A stretch of 64,000 bases of DNA from Phaeosaccion multiseriatum (lineage: Eukaryota > Protista > Ochrophyta, other classes). The notes under the pieces were generated by a model that worked only from the letters and a program-made list of their open reading frames with translations, was not told the origin of the DNA and did no database searches. Shown piece after piece: positions 34,444 through 46,489 of this stretch. The position numbers and the translations under genes were made by a program. How positions within the stretch are numbered: the first letter of the stretch is position 1; every line of letters starts with the position of its first letter. The stretch covers positions 2,666,001-2,730,000 of the forward strand of contig OZ218958.1 in assembly GCA_965112735.1 (NCBI GenBank). Direction: 5' to 3'.

Positions 34444-37400
34444 TTACTTGAACACCACAATGACGCCGTGCACGTCGCTCCTCTCTGCCCCGGAGTAATC
34501 GATTCCTCCAGAGGCAGAGACAGTGAAACCCTCAGGGTCTTGGAAGCCTGTGTTGGTGGCGCGGAGCACGTCCACGAGCTTGCCGGACTTACCATCTTAA
34601 GAAGAGAGAGAAAGAGAGGGAGGGAGGGAGGGAGGGAGGGAGAGAGAGAGAGAGAGGCCGTGTATTGGAGACAGCAGCGTGTGATGCGTAGAAAAGAGAA
34701 AAGAGGGAAGAGGCGTGCCCACGGAAGAAAGAGACAAAGATGACGTCAGTCGAGCCGAAGAAAGTCATTACGGTCGGCACGACTGTATGATGGCCAAGCA
34801 AGCGAAGGAGAGGAAACCCTGCCAACCCGCCCTCCCTCTCCTCGGCTCACTCCTTGCTTCTTGCTACTTGAAACTGAAGCTGCTTCTCACCTTCCGTGAC
34901 CTCGACGATGCCGACTCCGGGGCACGAACCCTGGCCTGAGTGAGGCACCGATACCGGCGAAGGGCCGCGGAAGGCGATCATGAAGTACTTGCCAGAAGGA
35001 GTGAGCTCGAACAGGTCCGGGGCTGTGGAGAGGCATATAGGCATACGAGGTCATAAGTCATCAAGAGATGGAGAGAGGCATACGGGTATAGAGGAGTTGG
35101 TGATGGTGTCGGGGTCAGTCAGGTCTAAGGACTCAACCTTTGGTAGTCACCATGTCACTACATCCGTAGAACCATGGGCAGCCATGGGGCGAGATGCTTA
35201 CCTGGGTCGTTGAGGGGAAGACTGGCGTCGTCCAGGACGGAGCGAGTGTAGCAGGGTCCAGCGGGGCCGGTGCGACCGCTCTTACCGTCCTTTGAGACCA
35301 AGTCGTACGTGTTGACTCGCTCGTATGTCTCAGCGTCGAACACCTGATGCAACACAGATAAATCAGCAGGCATATGGGCATACGATAAGCATATGGGGCA
35401 TAGTATAGAGGCCTATGGGCATTGACATAGCTGGCCTTAGGGAGGACGGGCCGTGGGTGCGTGGGTGCGGCGCAGGGATGGGATACATGGGTGCCACATA
35501 CATAAAATTCCACACATGCGCACACACGCACGTGCGCACACCCGCATACATACGCACACACGCACGCGCGCATACACGCGCGCGCACACACACACTTACA
35601 CACACTTACACACACACACACACGCACACGAACACACACACGAACACACACACACGAAAACACACACGCACCTCCATGACATTCTGCAGGCGGTCCACAA
35701 CGTGCACGAATCCATTGAGGGTCGCCCCTGCTCCGTGCGAGTCGCGACGCGTAGTGACAGCGGGCAGCTGCCCCGTGAGGTCCTCCGCCTTGATGCCCTC
35801 CACGTTGCCACCGGACAGCGTGTTGCCCTCGTCTTGATACACCATGACTGGCATGGGCTGATTCTCCCCCAGCTGCTCTGATCCGCCGTACTTGGTGTCA
35901 TCTAGCGCAAAGACAGCAAAGGTGGACTGGGTGGCTCCGGCTCCAGATGCCGACACACCAGCATTCAGGAAGACCTGGGATGGTGTAGTGGTCAGCCAGT
36001 TAGTTGGTTGGTTGGATGGATGGTTGGTTGGTTGGTATGTACGTAGTTGTGCAAGTACTTGGATACATTGGGTACACGTACTTGGTCGTCCACTTGAATT
36101 CCGCCACAGCCGGCTCCGTAGATCACAGCTTTCCCGTACTCGCCTGGGTGTGGCAAACGTACGTAAGTGTTTGGTTTGTTGGTTAGTTGGTTAGTTCCTT
36201 CCCCTCTCCCTCCCTCCCCCTCCCTCCCTCTCTCCCTCCTTCCCTCCCTTCCTCCCTCCCTCCTCCCCCCTCCCTCTCTCCCTCCCCTCCCTCCCCTCCC
36301 TCCCCTCCCTCCCTCTCCCTCCCTCCCTCCCTCCCTCCCTCCCTCCCTCCCTCCCTCCCTCCCTCCCTCCCTCCCTCCCTCCCTCCCTCCCTCCCTCCCT
36401 CCCTCCCTCCCTCCCTCCCTCCCTCCCTCCCTCCCTCCCTCCCTCCCTCCCTCCCTCCCTCCATCCCTTCGTACCTTTGATGGCCATGGGTGTGGTGGTA
36501 AGATCCGCAACGAGCAAGCCCCCCCCTGCGAGGGTGATGTACACCCTGTCGTTGGTCGACGTAATGGGGCAAATGGGTAAGTTGGTGGAGCGTCCCCCTG
36601 CGGCGCCATCGGGTCCACTGGTGCAGCCGTTCTCGTCGCACACGGTGCAGCCGTTCTCCTTGCACACTCCATTGGGGGTCAGGTCAGACAGCCCTTCGCT
36701 GCTGTAGTCGCCACCGACACTCCCGATGAGGTCATTTCCAAACGCGTTCTTCCCCTTGAAGAAAGTGGCGCTCTTCGTGACCGACATGCCCTTGCCGAGG
36801 CCGAGCGAAGCGCTTCGGTCGAAGGTAATGCCCGTAATCTTGTCCTTGTCCTGTGGGTCGTTGCGCTCCACGTTGAGGCGTTCGATGGCTCTCCCGTTGA
36901 GGTTGGCGAGGATCACCGCAGACCCATCCACCGCCCAGAAGCTCATATGCACGGAGCGGGTGGCATCGCTTCCGTCGAAGGCGTATTCCGTGGCTCTAAA
37001 GAGAGCAATGGCCTCCTTGGTTGTCGTGTCGATGATGCCAATGAAGCCTCCACCGGGGGAAAACAAGTTGGCGTTGACGTAGCGGTCCGAGCTGGGGTCT
37101 TTAATGACTCCATGCAGCCGACCAAAGCCGTCCAGGTCTCCTAAGACCACTCCGGTGGGCTCACCACCCGCGTTATACTCCTTCAGGTCCTGTGGGAAGA
37201 CGTCGAGCATGTTGCAAGGCCCTGCGGCCACATCAGGGGCGCAGCTCAGAGGGACCGCATCCCCGTCACCATCGAGCTGATCTTCAACTCCGTCCGAGTC
37301 CCAGATCCACAGGAAGCCCCCCTTCAGGCCCAAGCCACTCTGATTCGAAGCAGTGTTGGACTGATCGGAGGCCCAGACCTCGTAGTCCGATTTCCGTCCC

Positions 37401-37567
37401 TTCTTCTTCCACTTCCCCGTGTTTGAATCTGATGAATCTCCCCCGTGGCCATCCTTTCTCTTGTTCTTCAGTGTCCTTCTGCCAAGCACGGATGTACTCT
37501 GATGCTCTTTCTCCTCAGCACGAGTCAGCAAGGGAAGGAGAGCAAGTGCGGCGCCCAACAACTTCAT
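34444..37567 (-). CDS. ISIP1: Iron starvation-induced protein 1 homolog (secreted, beta-propeller-type); 6 exons
   Basis: Signal peptide MKLLGAALALLPLLTRA; YEVWASDQSN, FGRLHG, RSVHMSFW, CKENGC, PICPI, GAGCGG, GVSASGAGATQS, TRRDSHG, NDPAPDL, QGSCPGVGI and ERSDVHG are motifs I recognise from diatom ISIP1 (recalled, not searched). Exons join in phase. Confidence 0.82.
36200..36465. repeat. (CCCT)n microsatellite in first ISIP1 intron
   Basis: Directly visible. Confidence 0.95.
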
Positions 37568-38620
37568 TGTTGCTGCTGTGGGGCAAACAAGCATTGTGTG
37601 TCAGCCAAAATGGAGTGAGGACTGACGGCTTGAAAGCTCGCTCATCGGCTCAGACAGTGTGAACTTCAAGCAAGAGGAGAAGGCGACAGACACGCAACAA
37701 ACAATCAGCGTTGTTGTCATGTGGGTGCTCGAATGCCTCGCTTAGCCAAGAGACAGACACACAGGGTGAAGCAAGAGGACGAAGGCCACCAGTCAAAGCA
37801 AGAGGAGGAGAAGGAGCAGAAGGGAAGGAAGAGGACCGACGGAAGCCAAATGGCAAGAAGGCGAAGGCGAGCAAAACACATTTAGCGCTAATTTTGGAAT
37901 CCCCGCTCCCCCCCTCCTCAGCAGACTGGCAGACACGGCCGGCGAAGCAAGAGGATCCGAATCTTACCTCAAGAGCCTGCTGTGTTGTGCTCTTTTTGAA
38001 TATACACCACTATTGGTTGTGAGAAGGGCCCCAGAGCAGTAGGATGTGATAGCCAGCAGGGAAAGGTTTGAATTCGCGGCAGCCCAAAAAATTAAATCAA
38101 AAATAAAAAAAACAAAACAAAAAAGTGCAACTCATTCAACTGAAATTCAAACTTTCAATAACTTCTTCAATCGTTTGCCGGGGAGGGGGCTGTGCAGCAA
38201 CGGCTAGCCCTCTCTTTCTCTTAAGGGGGGGACGTCTCTTTGGAGGAGTGAGTGGCTCGGATCACCTCGTAATACTCGCCACCTCTTTCTCGTCCGCGAC
38301 TCATTTTCTCTCCTCTTGCCTCCCGTTGCGTCCCTCCCCCCCTTTCCCCTGCTTGGAGGGCGTGATTCATCGGTGATTCATCCCCTCCTTCTTGCTTCCC
38401 CATGAATCTGAGATCCTTTTACCCTCGTGCCCCCCCTTCTGCCCCTCTCTCCCGTTCCCCACTGCTCGTCTCAGGGCCTTTTGTCAAGCAATTGGCGGGG
38501 GGCTTGGCGGTTGGGGCAGTGGCCTAGCAGTAGCACCAGTAGCAGCAGCAACAGCACTTGTTGTGCGGCAGTGTTGGAGCTAGTGGTATAGGCACAGGAG
38601 AGAGGAGCAGAGAAATAGCC

Positions 38621-39388
38621 ATGTATCCAGCGGAGGACCTGGACTGGGCGGGGCAGAGCGATCGGGCCCGAGGCAAGAAGATGCAACCTCGAGCGCCGAG
38701 CCACCTGACGGCGAGTACGGAGTACGGAATGACCCCGTCCAGCGAGGCTGCCGTTGTCGACCAATGGAAGCCCGAAAAGAGGGTGGTAGAGCACCGGAAC
38801 AGGGCCGCCAGAGAGGAGGGAGTGGCCTTCTTCGCAGGCAGCGGGGAGGACGCCTCCGGGGAGCCAGCGTCGTCGCCATCTGTCTTTGTGGGAGAGACAG
38901 AGTACCAACGGGCGGTGCGCCACGAGGGCACCCCGCTGGATGTGCGCACGGACAAGGCGAGGGCACTGTACATACCTGGCAGGCGTATGGTCAAGCCCGC
39001 CTCGGAGTTGGCTGTGGCTGCTACTCAACGGGCGTGTGAGGGTGATCGTGGGAACTGGCGAGCCCATGCAGGCTTGCAGTCTGTGGCCAGCAGCAGCAGC
39101 TTCATTGGCACGAGTCCTGCCCCGGCTCCAGCGAGCGGTGGTCCTCTCCCGGCCAAGTTCCTCACCGGGCGAAGCTCCTTTCTCGGCGGTATGGGCAAGT
39201 TGGTTGTCCAGGGGGGCACAGCAGCAACCACACCGGTAGCATCAGCAGCAGCAACACCAGCATCAGTAGGGGGTGGCGCCCGTCAGCAGGGCGGGGTTAG
39301 GCAAGAGGAGGAGCAGCGGCAAGGCTATAAGATCGCGCACCTCGCGCCTTCATGTCCGGGTCTGGGCGGCCCTGCAAGTGTGCGATAG
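38621..39388 (+). CDS. Hypothetical protein, intronless
   Basis: 255-codon ORF with GCC-ATG context, non-repetitive N-terminal half; no recognisable family. Confidence 0.55.
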   Translation: MYPAEDLDWAGQSDRARGKKMQPRAPSHLTASTEYGMTPSSEAAVVDQWKPEKRVVEHRNRAAREEGVAFFAGSGEDASGEPASSPSVFVGETEYQRAVRHEGTPLDVRTDKARALYIPGRRMVKPASELAVAATQRACEGDRGNWRAHAGLQSVASSSSFIGTSPAPAPASGGPLPAKFLTGRSSFLGGMGKLVVQGGTAATTPVASAAATPASVGGGARQQGGVRQEEEQRQGYKIAHLAPSCPGLGGPASVR

Positions 39389-39801
39389 ATGGATAGCGAA
39401 GGATCAGCAAGCCGGAAGGCGCGTGTGTTGTGTGTATATCTTTACGGTGATCGGAGGGAGAGGGAGCTGGACTTGCAAGAGACAGGAGTTTTCTTCCATT
39501 TTGGTTCAATCAACCGAGCTCAATATACAGAGCGTCTTCACCAAAGAATGACTGTTTGCTCGCTGGGCGGATCCTCTGCAGCCCTTGTTATGTGGAGCGC
39601 CTAGACTCGGTTGTGGCTTGAGTGAGCGACAAGGTACAACCGATTACAACCCAGCAAAAAATAAAAAAAGGCGACAAAAAAGAAAAACGACTCCAAAAAA
39701 ACAAAAAAAAACAAATTTAATTGTTGCAGTCTACAAACTGAAACTGAAACTGAATTTTGCCGCGCCCTTTCCTTTGGCAACAAATCTGCTCTGTCCACGA
39801 G

Positions 39802-41315
39802 ATGCAGCACAGCTGCGTGGCCAGCGCAATACTCATCTGCTGCTGCTACTGCTGCTGCTTGTTCCTTGGAAGCAATGCCTTTGTTGTGCACACCGGCAGA
39901 AGCCTCGGCACCAGGGAGGCCACACACCGTGGAGGAGGGAAGAGCAGCAGTAGTAGCAGAAGTAGTAGCAGGGGTGGAGGTGGGGGCGGATGGACCTTTA
40001 GAGGGATTCATCATGGACATCTGATGTCTTCGTTGCAGCCAGACGCGGGTGCTACTGCTGCAGCAGAAGCCGAGGGACAAGAATGGAGAAGCGAGGAGGG
40101 GGAGGGGGAGGAGATGGTACAGCAGATCTGCTTCCAGCTGAATTGCGTGGACGCCGTTCCCTTGTCTGAGCTCCTGCTTGAGACAGGGGCACTTGGGGTG
40201 GAGGTCGCAGACGCCGCTCGCGGAACAGAAAGGTGAGGAAGAGTAAGGGAGAGAGGAGGGAGAGGAGGGGGTACACAAAGACAAAGCTACTCCCAGCCGC
40301 TGCTTTGCTCTACTGCGCTCTGCGTTATTCTGCTCAGTATCGTGCTGTCTATCTACGGTTTGGGGGGTGCCACACCCCCAGCCCTTCGCCATCGCTCGGT
40401 GTCGAGAAAGTCATGGATGGATGGGATTAATTATTCACACTCACACACGAATGTGTTGCGAAGAAGAGCACTTGGACAATGTCATCAATGCACAAGCCCT
40501 TCTATGTGGGCACCATTGTATAGTTGTCGACTACGCCGGAGGATTGAGGACCTCACCACACGGATTCGATTCGACGTGCCTCTCTGGCTTTTCGTTTGTC
40601 CCTCCCTCCTGTTTGACTGCTGCTTTCGCTGCCTCTAAACAACGCCGTCGCAGAGAAACGCCAATTTTCGACGAAATGAACTCTTCTTGGATATACGACA
40701 GGTGCGTTGGTGCGTGGGGGGGCAGCAGGGGGGGAGGGGGCATACATATATGACAACGCAGCGTAAGGAGTACCTAAGGAGGCACGCAACGATTGCAATG
40801 AGTGGTCGGTTCGTCAGGTTCAGAGGGTTACCACCTCTTCCTCTGTAGGCATAAGCGCCCTCTGTTAGGTAGTATAGGCATAGGCATATCGGCATACATG
40901 CATGTACACGCGCTAAAAAGGGTACTTCAAAGTAATTTTAAGTACTTTAAGTACCCTTGACCCACTCGACTCGCTCACCGACGAGAAGAGAAAGTCAAAA
41001 AAATTCGCTGTGCTGTGTCTTGCCGTCTTGGTGGTGCCTCGCCACCCCCCGCTTCTCCCCCTCCCACCCACCCCCTCACAACCAGCCTCTCCTCACTCAA
41101 CCAAACCACTACGGTTGACGCTACCACCGCCATTGGTGACGAGAAATTCAGCGGCCTCCGAAAGACGTCCTCGCCGTCTGCCTCAGCCGTGATTGGCGAC
41201 GACGCGCTGCAAGTGGAGATTCGGTACGCGGTTTCCGCTCTGGAAGAAGAAGAGGAGGAGGAGGGGAAGGACGAGGACGACGACGAGGAGGAGGACGTGG
41301 CGTGTGTGTGTGTGT

Positions 41316-41359
<44 letters not shown>

Positions 41360-41869
41360 TGGGGGGGGAGGACAGGCAGAGGCCGGAATATGGGCTGTTG
41401 GCTCGTTTTTTCGTCTAGTGCTTATTCCCCCCCCCTCCTCCTCCTCCTCCTCCTCCTCCTCCTCCTTGCTGTGGGCATATGGGGCTTCACCCAGATCTCG
41501 CGCAAAGCTCTGGACCAACAGCAGCGTGACCGCTCTGTTCCCTGCCTCCTTCGATATGGAAGTGGTTGTGGAGCAGCTCACGGAGGCATTCGACCTCCAA
41601 GAGAACTTGGAGTACGAAGTCGCCACCGGTGAGCGCCTGCTCGTGTATCCTTTACCTACCTACCTCCCTACCTCCCTTCTTCTTCCTCCCTCCTTCCTTC
41701 CTACCTACCTACCCTACCTACCTACCTACCTACCTACCCACCCATGTATCCGTCTACCCATCCGTCTATCCGTCCGTCCATCCATCCATCCGTCCATCCA
41801 TCCATCCATCCATCCATCCATCCATCCATCCATCCATCCATCCATCCATCCATCCATCCATCCATCCAT

Positions 41870-41905
<36 letters not shown>

Positions 41906-44605
41906 CAATCTGTCTATCTACCCATCCATCTATCGTATCCATCGGAGTCGCTCTTGTTCAACTGCAGCGAAAGGCGACACACGACACCAACTTACGCACT
42001 CAGCGCCCCTCCCTTTCTATCCCTTCTCTACTTATATACTCTCTTACGTAAAGTCCCCAAGGGGGTCGATTGGCAATTGCAGGTACAGGAAGACTGGGAT
42101 CCCATCGACGTGGGTGCCGTGACTATTTACTTCCCGTGGCACGACAGACCAACGTAAGGCAACGACAGCAGCACAGCGGCGGCTGAGGAGAAGCAGGAGA
42201 AAGTGGAGAAGCAATCAGTCAATCAAGACTGTTTTTCACAGTCACACTCTTGACCTCCTTCTCCCCAAGCCTCTCTACCATCGTCTTCTCTGCTTCTCTC
42301 CCCCCTGTCGTTACTTACCCCCCCCCCCCCCCCCCTCTCTCTCCCTCTCCCTTCCTCCGGCTTTTAACCCCTGCTGCTCCATTGCTCTGCTCTGTGCCGC
42401 CATCTGCCGCCATCTGCTGGAATCTCCCACACAGTGAGGAGGACGGAAAACTTGGCCTCGTGTTGGAGGGGGTGAGTGAGTGAGTGAGTGAGTGAGTGAG
42501 TGAGTGGGTGAATGAGTAAGTAAGTGAGTGAGTGAGTGAGTGTGTGTGTCTCTTGGCCACGCAAAAAAGGAAACACCTTCTTTTGGGGTTCAAAGAGGGA
42601 GAGAGAGGAGACATGAGAACAAGCTCCCGATGAGACTTTCGACACAAGCCTAGACTGGGTCCGCTCGATTCTGTATCCCACTTCCTGCGGGGCTGAAGTG
42701 GTGGAGAAGCCTTTCTTTCTGAAGTTCTTGTGTCTGTGCACCCCCTCCTACTGCATCAATTGCTCCTACCCGCACTAACACCTCTCATTCTACCCCTCCC
42801 CCCACCCCGCTTCTCCTTGTGCCCACCTCATCAAAAGGGGAGGGCCTTCGGAACAGGGGAGCATCCAACCACGGCTTTGTGTTGCTTGTGGCTCCAGGAG
42901 CAGCTGGAGCAGCAAGCACTTGATGCAGCAGTTGGTGATACAGCTGATGCAGCGTCTCGCACAAGAGTGTTGGACTATGGGTCTGGCTCTGCCATCCTGG
43001 GATTGGCCGCCCTCAAGGTAAGTTGGGAGGGGATTTGCTTGGAGGCCCAAGGAAGGGAAGTTCAAGATGAAAGGAAGGAATTCGGACACACACACACACA
43101 CACGCGGAGACAGAGACAGGCACACACACACACACAGACACACACACACACACAGACACACACACACACACAGAGACACACACATACACATTGGGGGGCT
43201 CGGGCTCCGACACTCTCATTCATGTCAAGCTGTGGTTGGGCCATCTCCTGCTGTGCTGAGGGGGGGGTTATCCAGGGAAGAGGAGAGGAGAGGGTGTGTG
43301 TGTGTGGTGGTGTGGTATACAGGGGAGAAGACAGGCGGTGATTGGGTTGGGTTATGCGGCGTGAAAGAGAGACGGTGGTTGTGGGTGCTGTGCTGCTGCT
43401 GGGGCTCTGATGGCTGCCTGTATTTGAAGATGATACCCTATGGTCCCCTTCTCCTCAGCACAGAGCATCCTTAACGCACCACCCCGTGGGGGAGATCGAC
43501 TGATGTCTGCTCACGTGTTTTATGTGCGTGTGCGTGTGCGTGTGCGTGTGTATCTCTTGTGTGCCTCAGCTTGGGGCATCGGAGGCCGTCGGAGTTGAGA
43601 TCGACATTGGCGCGATCCTGAGCGCCATTCAGAACTGCAAATCGAACAAACTGCACATGGTGAGAAGTGCACACTGAGCTCAACACTCACTCGTCGACTC
43701 TCTCCTCATCCCGTGCCCCCCCCCCCCCCCTCTCTCACACTCTCTCACTCACTCACTCACTCGCTCACTCACTCGCTCACTTACGCTCTCACTCACTCTC
43801 TCTCTCACTCACTCACTCACTCACTCACTCACTCACTCACTCACTCACCCACTTACTCATTCACTCACTCCCTCCCTCCCTCACTCACTCACTCACTCAC
43901 TCACTCACCCACTCACCCACTCACTCACTCACTCACCCACTCACCCACTCACCCACTCACTCACTTACTCACTCGCTCATACACACACGCACACTCACTC
44001 ATACACTCATGTACTTACACGCTCCCTCCTCCCCCCTTGGCGCCGAGCAGGACTTCTTCCACCCGGAGGAGAAGGCGGACGGCGGGTTAGAGATGGTCCC
44101 CGTAGCAGTTGCTGAGGATGGAGCAGACTCAGACTATTCAGGTACACGAAAGCACAGAGCACAGAGCAAAGGTAGCATGGCAGAGAGGGTGCGCCCCTAC
44201 ATGTGCCGCCCTCTGTCCTCCCCCCACCCACACTGCCCCTCCACTCTGCTGACTTCACTACCCCTGCTGTGAATCGAAATCGTGTCGCACCTTGTCTGCA
44301 CATTTGCTTGCATGTGGATCACAGAGGGCCCGCCCGTCGAGCTGAAACCGTTTCCCATTGTGGTGGCGAACATCCTCTCAGGTAAAGCTGTAACGCATTT
44401 TGCCGGTTACACACAGAGCAGTGAGGCTATACGTTTCGCTGCTTACACACAGAGCAGCCAAGGCGCTAGACAAGGGGGAGACCCTCTCTCACACCCTCAC
44501 CCTCGCTCTCTCATGTGTCCGTGTGTGTGTGCGCGCGTGTATGTCCGTGTGTGTGCATGTGTGTGTATGTCCGTGTGTGTATGTGTGTATGTATGTGTCC
44601 GTGTG

Positions 44606-44689
<84 letters not shown>

Positions 44690-45284
44690 TGCCGTCTCCC
44701 CAGTGTGCTTGACCGGTCTGGAGCCGCAGATGTACGCCATGACGGAGAAGGGGGGACGCATCGCCATGAGTGGTATACTCGAGGAACACGCAGACAACGT
44801 CCTGCAGGCCTACAGGGTGAGGAGTGGGGGGCTGAGGTGGAGGCGGGCAGGGGAGGCTTTCATCAATTCCTTCGTCCTTTCATTCAGTAACCATGCATTC
44901 TTATCATAAGGAATCTACTGAAAGAGATGAGCGAGGACGGCTCTGTCCTATTCCTTCTACGCTCCCATACTACCGACCACTTGCCGTACTGTGTTGAGCT
45001 CGGCGGGTAGGGGTCGAGAGAATATTGCAGGAAGGGAGGAGATGCTCGAAGGCCGTAGCTACCTAGCCGCCGAGGTCCCTCCTTCGCACCCTTCTCAACC
45101 ACGCACGCTTGTCACGAACAGCTCATGTCTAAACCCTATCTACTGCATCTACTCCTGCTGCTGTATCACCAACTGCTTGCTGCTGTGGCTCCCATCTTCT
45201 CTGGCCGCATGTCAGGAGAGATTCGATGTGAGCGTGACAGCGAGGAAGGACGGCTGGGTGCTCATCAGCGGAGTGCGGAGATGA
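39802..45284 (+). CDS. prmA: Plastid-targeted ribosomal protein L11 methyltransferase; about 10 exons
   Basis: Signal peptide plus SNA-FVV cleavage motif; DW...QEDWDPI.VG...PWH; [12 protein letters not shown]; [27 protein letters not shown]; VVANIL; [10 protein letters not shown]; DGWVLISG. Confidence 0.9.
41750..41905. repeat. (CCAT)n microsatellite, intronic
   Basis: Directly visible. Confidence 0.95.
43740..43980. repeat. (ACTC)n microsatellite, intronic
   Basis: Directly visible. Confidence 0.95.
44517..44691. repeat. (GT)n microsatellite immediately upstream of a 3' splice site
   Basis: Directly visible; acceptor ccccag ends at 44703. Confidence 0.95.
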
Positions 45285-45899
45285 CGTTGAGTTAGGCCGT
45301 TCTGAGTGAGCAGCGCTAGCCGCCAAAGGGTATCTCTCAGGGGGGAGTCGCTAGCTAGGGGCTGTGGTTGTTGAGCATGGAAAAGCTAGAGCAGCAGTAG
45401 CAGGGCAGCCTCGGGTGGTTGCGCCTGGAGAGGCCATAGAAGCAGTAGCAGCTCTGCTCTCTATTTCTTCAAGAGAAGCAGAAGCAGCTCTATGCCTCTC
45501 TATCAACAACACAAGAGCATTCGGCTCCCTCCCCTGAGCTTCATCCGCGAGACGGAAAGAGACAAGTAAATTCCGGTCGCAGATATAGTTTCAGATCGTC
45601 TTCATGGTGCTCTGCTTGTCGGGCCCTGACGTAATTCTGAGGGAGGGCGCCGAGAACCACGAATCAGGCCTGCACAAGGTAGCGGTGCACAGAATCACGA
45701 ATCACGTTTCCCTTTATTACGCACTATGACGTCATTCATTGCCTTATTTCTAAGACGCCCGAGAATCACAAATCACGCCCCCCTCAAAACACGTCAGGGG
45801 TCGATGCTTCACCTCTTTTCTTTCTAGTCTATAGCTTTCAAGGGTAAAAAACGCCATAAGAAGCAAGATTCTTCTTCCCTTCTCCCCCCCCATACATCA

Positions 45900-46171
45900 T
45901 CGGCCCTGGACAAGGTTACAGTGTGCGCCGGCCATATAATCAGTAATCAGACCGGCTGACGCCAATAATCAGAAATCAGGCCGGCGAGGGCGGGTGATAG
46001 TAATCAGTAGCTAAGGGCTGGTCATAATCAGTAATCAGACCCGGCTGGCGCCGGCCATAATCAGTAATCAGGCCCGGCTGGCGCCATCAGGCCGGCTGGC
46101 GCCGGCTGTAATCAGTAATCGCCGGCTGCGCCGGCCGTAATCAGTAATCAGATAACCTTGTCCAGGGCCGA
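45900..46171. mobile_element. MITE-like element: perfect 19-bp inverted repeats enclosing about 7 TAATCAGTAATCAG units separated by GC-rich GCCGGC-containing spacers
   Basis: TCGGCCCTGGACAAGGTTA (45900-45918) and TAACCTTGTCCAGGGCCGA (46153-46171) are exact reverse complements. Internal units start at 45937, 45966, 46001, 46025, 46058, 46109, 46138. No clear target-site duplication. Confidence 0.6.
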
Positions 46172-46489
46172 AGAGGAGGAGCAGCCTTATCAGAACCTGG
46201 AACCTGGAACCTGGGTCGCCTCAGAACCTTGTCTCAGGGGCCGAGTGTCGTTTCGTGTTGATCACCCCTTGAAGTCAACGAAGAACAGTCCGCGCCCCAC
46301 CAAAGAAAAAGAAAAAGCTTTTTCAAGCATTACATCCAGCTCACAGCGGCCTCACTAAAGAAGGGGCAACCTCCAGCCGAAATTCTTTAGAAACGTGGAG
46401 CAGCAGGCGCCAGGTTTCTTGCCCCTTTCGTAGCTAAGCAAGAAGTGATGATACGATCATTCTTTGGAAGATGGGGGGGGAGGGGAGAA

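Noticed and set aside
37568-38620. Diatom-type iron-responsive CACGTG-containing motif upstream of ISIP1
   Set aside because: I found no CACGTG core in this interval by eye.
45937-46151. Repeat-spacer pattern resembling a CRISPR array
   Set aside because: Repeats are only 14 bp, spacers resemble each other rather than being unique, no cas genes, eukaryotic context.
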